Source: a virus
Taxonomy: Duplodnaviria > Caudoviricetes
DNA length: 41,979 nt
Strand: one strand, 5' to 3'
IMG/VR virus record: IMGVR_UViG_3300023301_000028
Span: 1-41,979 of that record
Positions within the stretch are counted from its first letter, which is position 1; the number at the start of each line of letters is the position of its first letter. This document shows, in pieces, positions 41,486 to 41,979 of this stretch. The translations under genes were made by a program, and so were the position numbers. A model generated the notes under the pieces. It was not told where the DNA came from. It saw nothing but the letters and a program-made list of their open reading frames with translations, and made no database searches.

Positions 41486-41820
41486 GCCACACCTCCACCA
41501 GCCTGAATTGCAGTAAACACAATTGACCCACTGCCAGAAAGTAATTGCACGCGAACGCCTGTAACAGGATAGGCAATATTAGAATCTTTTGTAGCCGTTT
41601 GTGCTGTCATACTTGGGTGGTTCGTCCAGTTTCCAGACGCAGGCGCGTAGCCTTTGGCAAATACATCATCAAACGTATATTGAATTGTGTAACTCACTAT
41701 ACCCGTAACAACCACATTTAATGCTACGTTAAATGGTGAAACATAGTTATCTGGTGGGTACACAGAGGATGTTTGCACTCCTGCGCTTGCATCGGACAGG
41801 GTATATACAACAGGACGCAT
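41482..41820 (-). CDS. putative structural protein
   Basis: SPFNV...Y.IQYTFDD...W..HP...SNIAYP.TGVR...IQAG; GGAG SD. Confidence 0.72.
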   Translation of the reverse strand: MRPVVYTLSDASAGVQTSSVYPPDNYVSPFNVALNVVVTGIVSYTIQYTFDDVFAKGYAPASGNWTNHPSMTAQTATKDSNIAYPVTGVRVQLLSGSGSIVFTAIQAGGGVA

Positions 41821-41846
41821 ATCAATCTCCCGATTGTTAAGAGTTA

Positions 41847-41979
41847 TTAAGCAGCGGCGATAACTGTACCAGCGGGAGAGATCCAGTTTGTGCCATTACC
41901 AACAGCGATGCAAGGTGCGCCGGCAAGACCGTCCGATACATAAATGATTTGACCTGCGGGCTTAGTAGCCAAGGCATTT
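41847..41979 (-). CDS. 3' end of a truncated gene, possibly a capsid-associated protein
   Basis: Open frame from the window edge: NALATKPAGQIIYVSDGLAGAPCIAVGNGTNWISPAGTVIAAA*. Confidence 0.6.
   Translation of the reverse strand, partial: NALATKPAGQIIYVSDGLAGAPCIAVGNGTNWISPAGTVIAAA

Noticed and set aside
1-41979. Stop-codon reassignment
   Set aside because: Genes tile densely under the standard code and TAA, TAG and TGA all terminate well-supported genes.

Overview
This is a ~42-kb segment of a tailed dsDNA phage genome using the standard genetic code. It is podovirus-like: it has a nozzle/adaptor-type tail, internal ejection proteins and no tape-measure gene. The holin, GH108 endolysin and nested Rz/Rz1 spanins indicate a Gram-negative host. 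Layout: small rightward accessory genes including DUF3310 (1-1082); a leftward replication operon of ParB-like protein, SF2 helicase and Toprim primase (1038-4166); an ~870-nt essentially non-coding control region (4167-5040); a RuvC-like resolvase; a rightward recombination/accessory operon with PD-(D/E)XK exonuclease, ERF, SSB-like, HNH and Ref-like genes (5572-9825); and a long leftward virion/lysis operon (9794-41979). The late operon holds a 2163-aa polyvalent ejection protein, a tail-fibre cassette, four free-standing homing-endonuclease-like genes and a cluster of small basic proteins sharing a C-terminal tag. The most striking element is the control region. Read on the minus strand it is a tandem array of sigma70 promoters and structured RNAs: an sRNA with anti-Shine-Dalgarno loops, one segment of which is an exact 11-nt complement of the helicase RBS; a ~125-nt RNA with an 11-nt direct repeat; a C4/CI-like antisense RNA; and a ~270-nt multibranch RNA. 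No repressor or replication-initiator gene is visible in the window, which suggests an RNA-based switch or origin (inference). Protein family calls are motif recognition by eye; no searches or folding programs were run.
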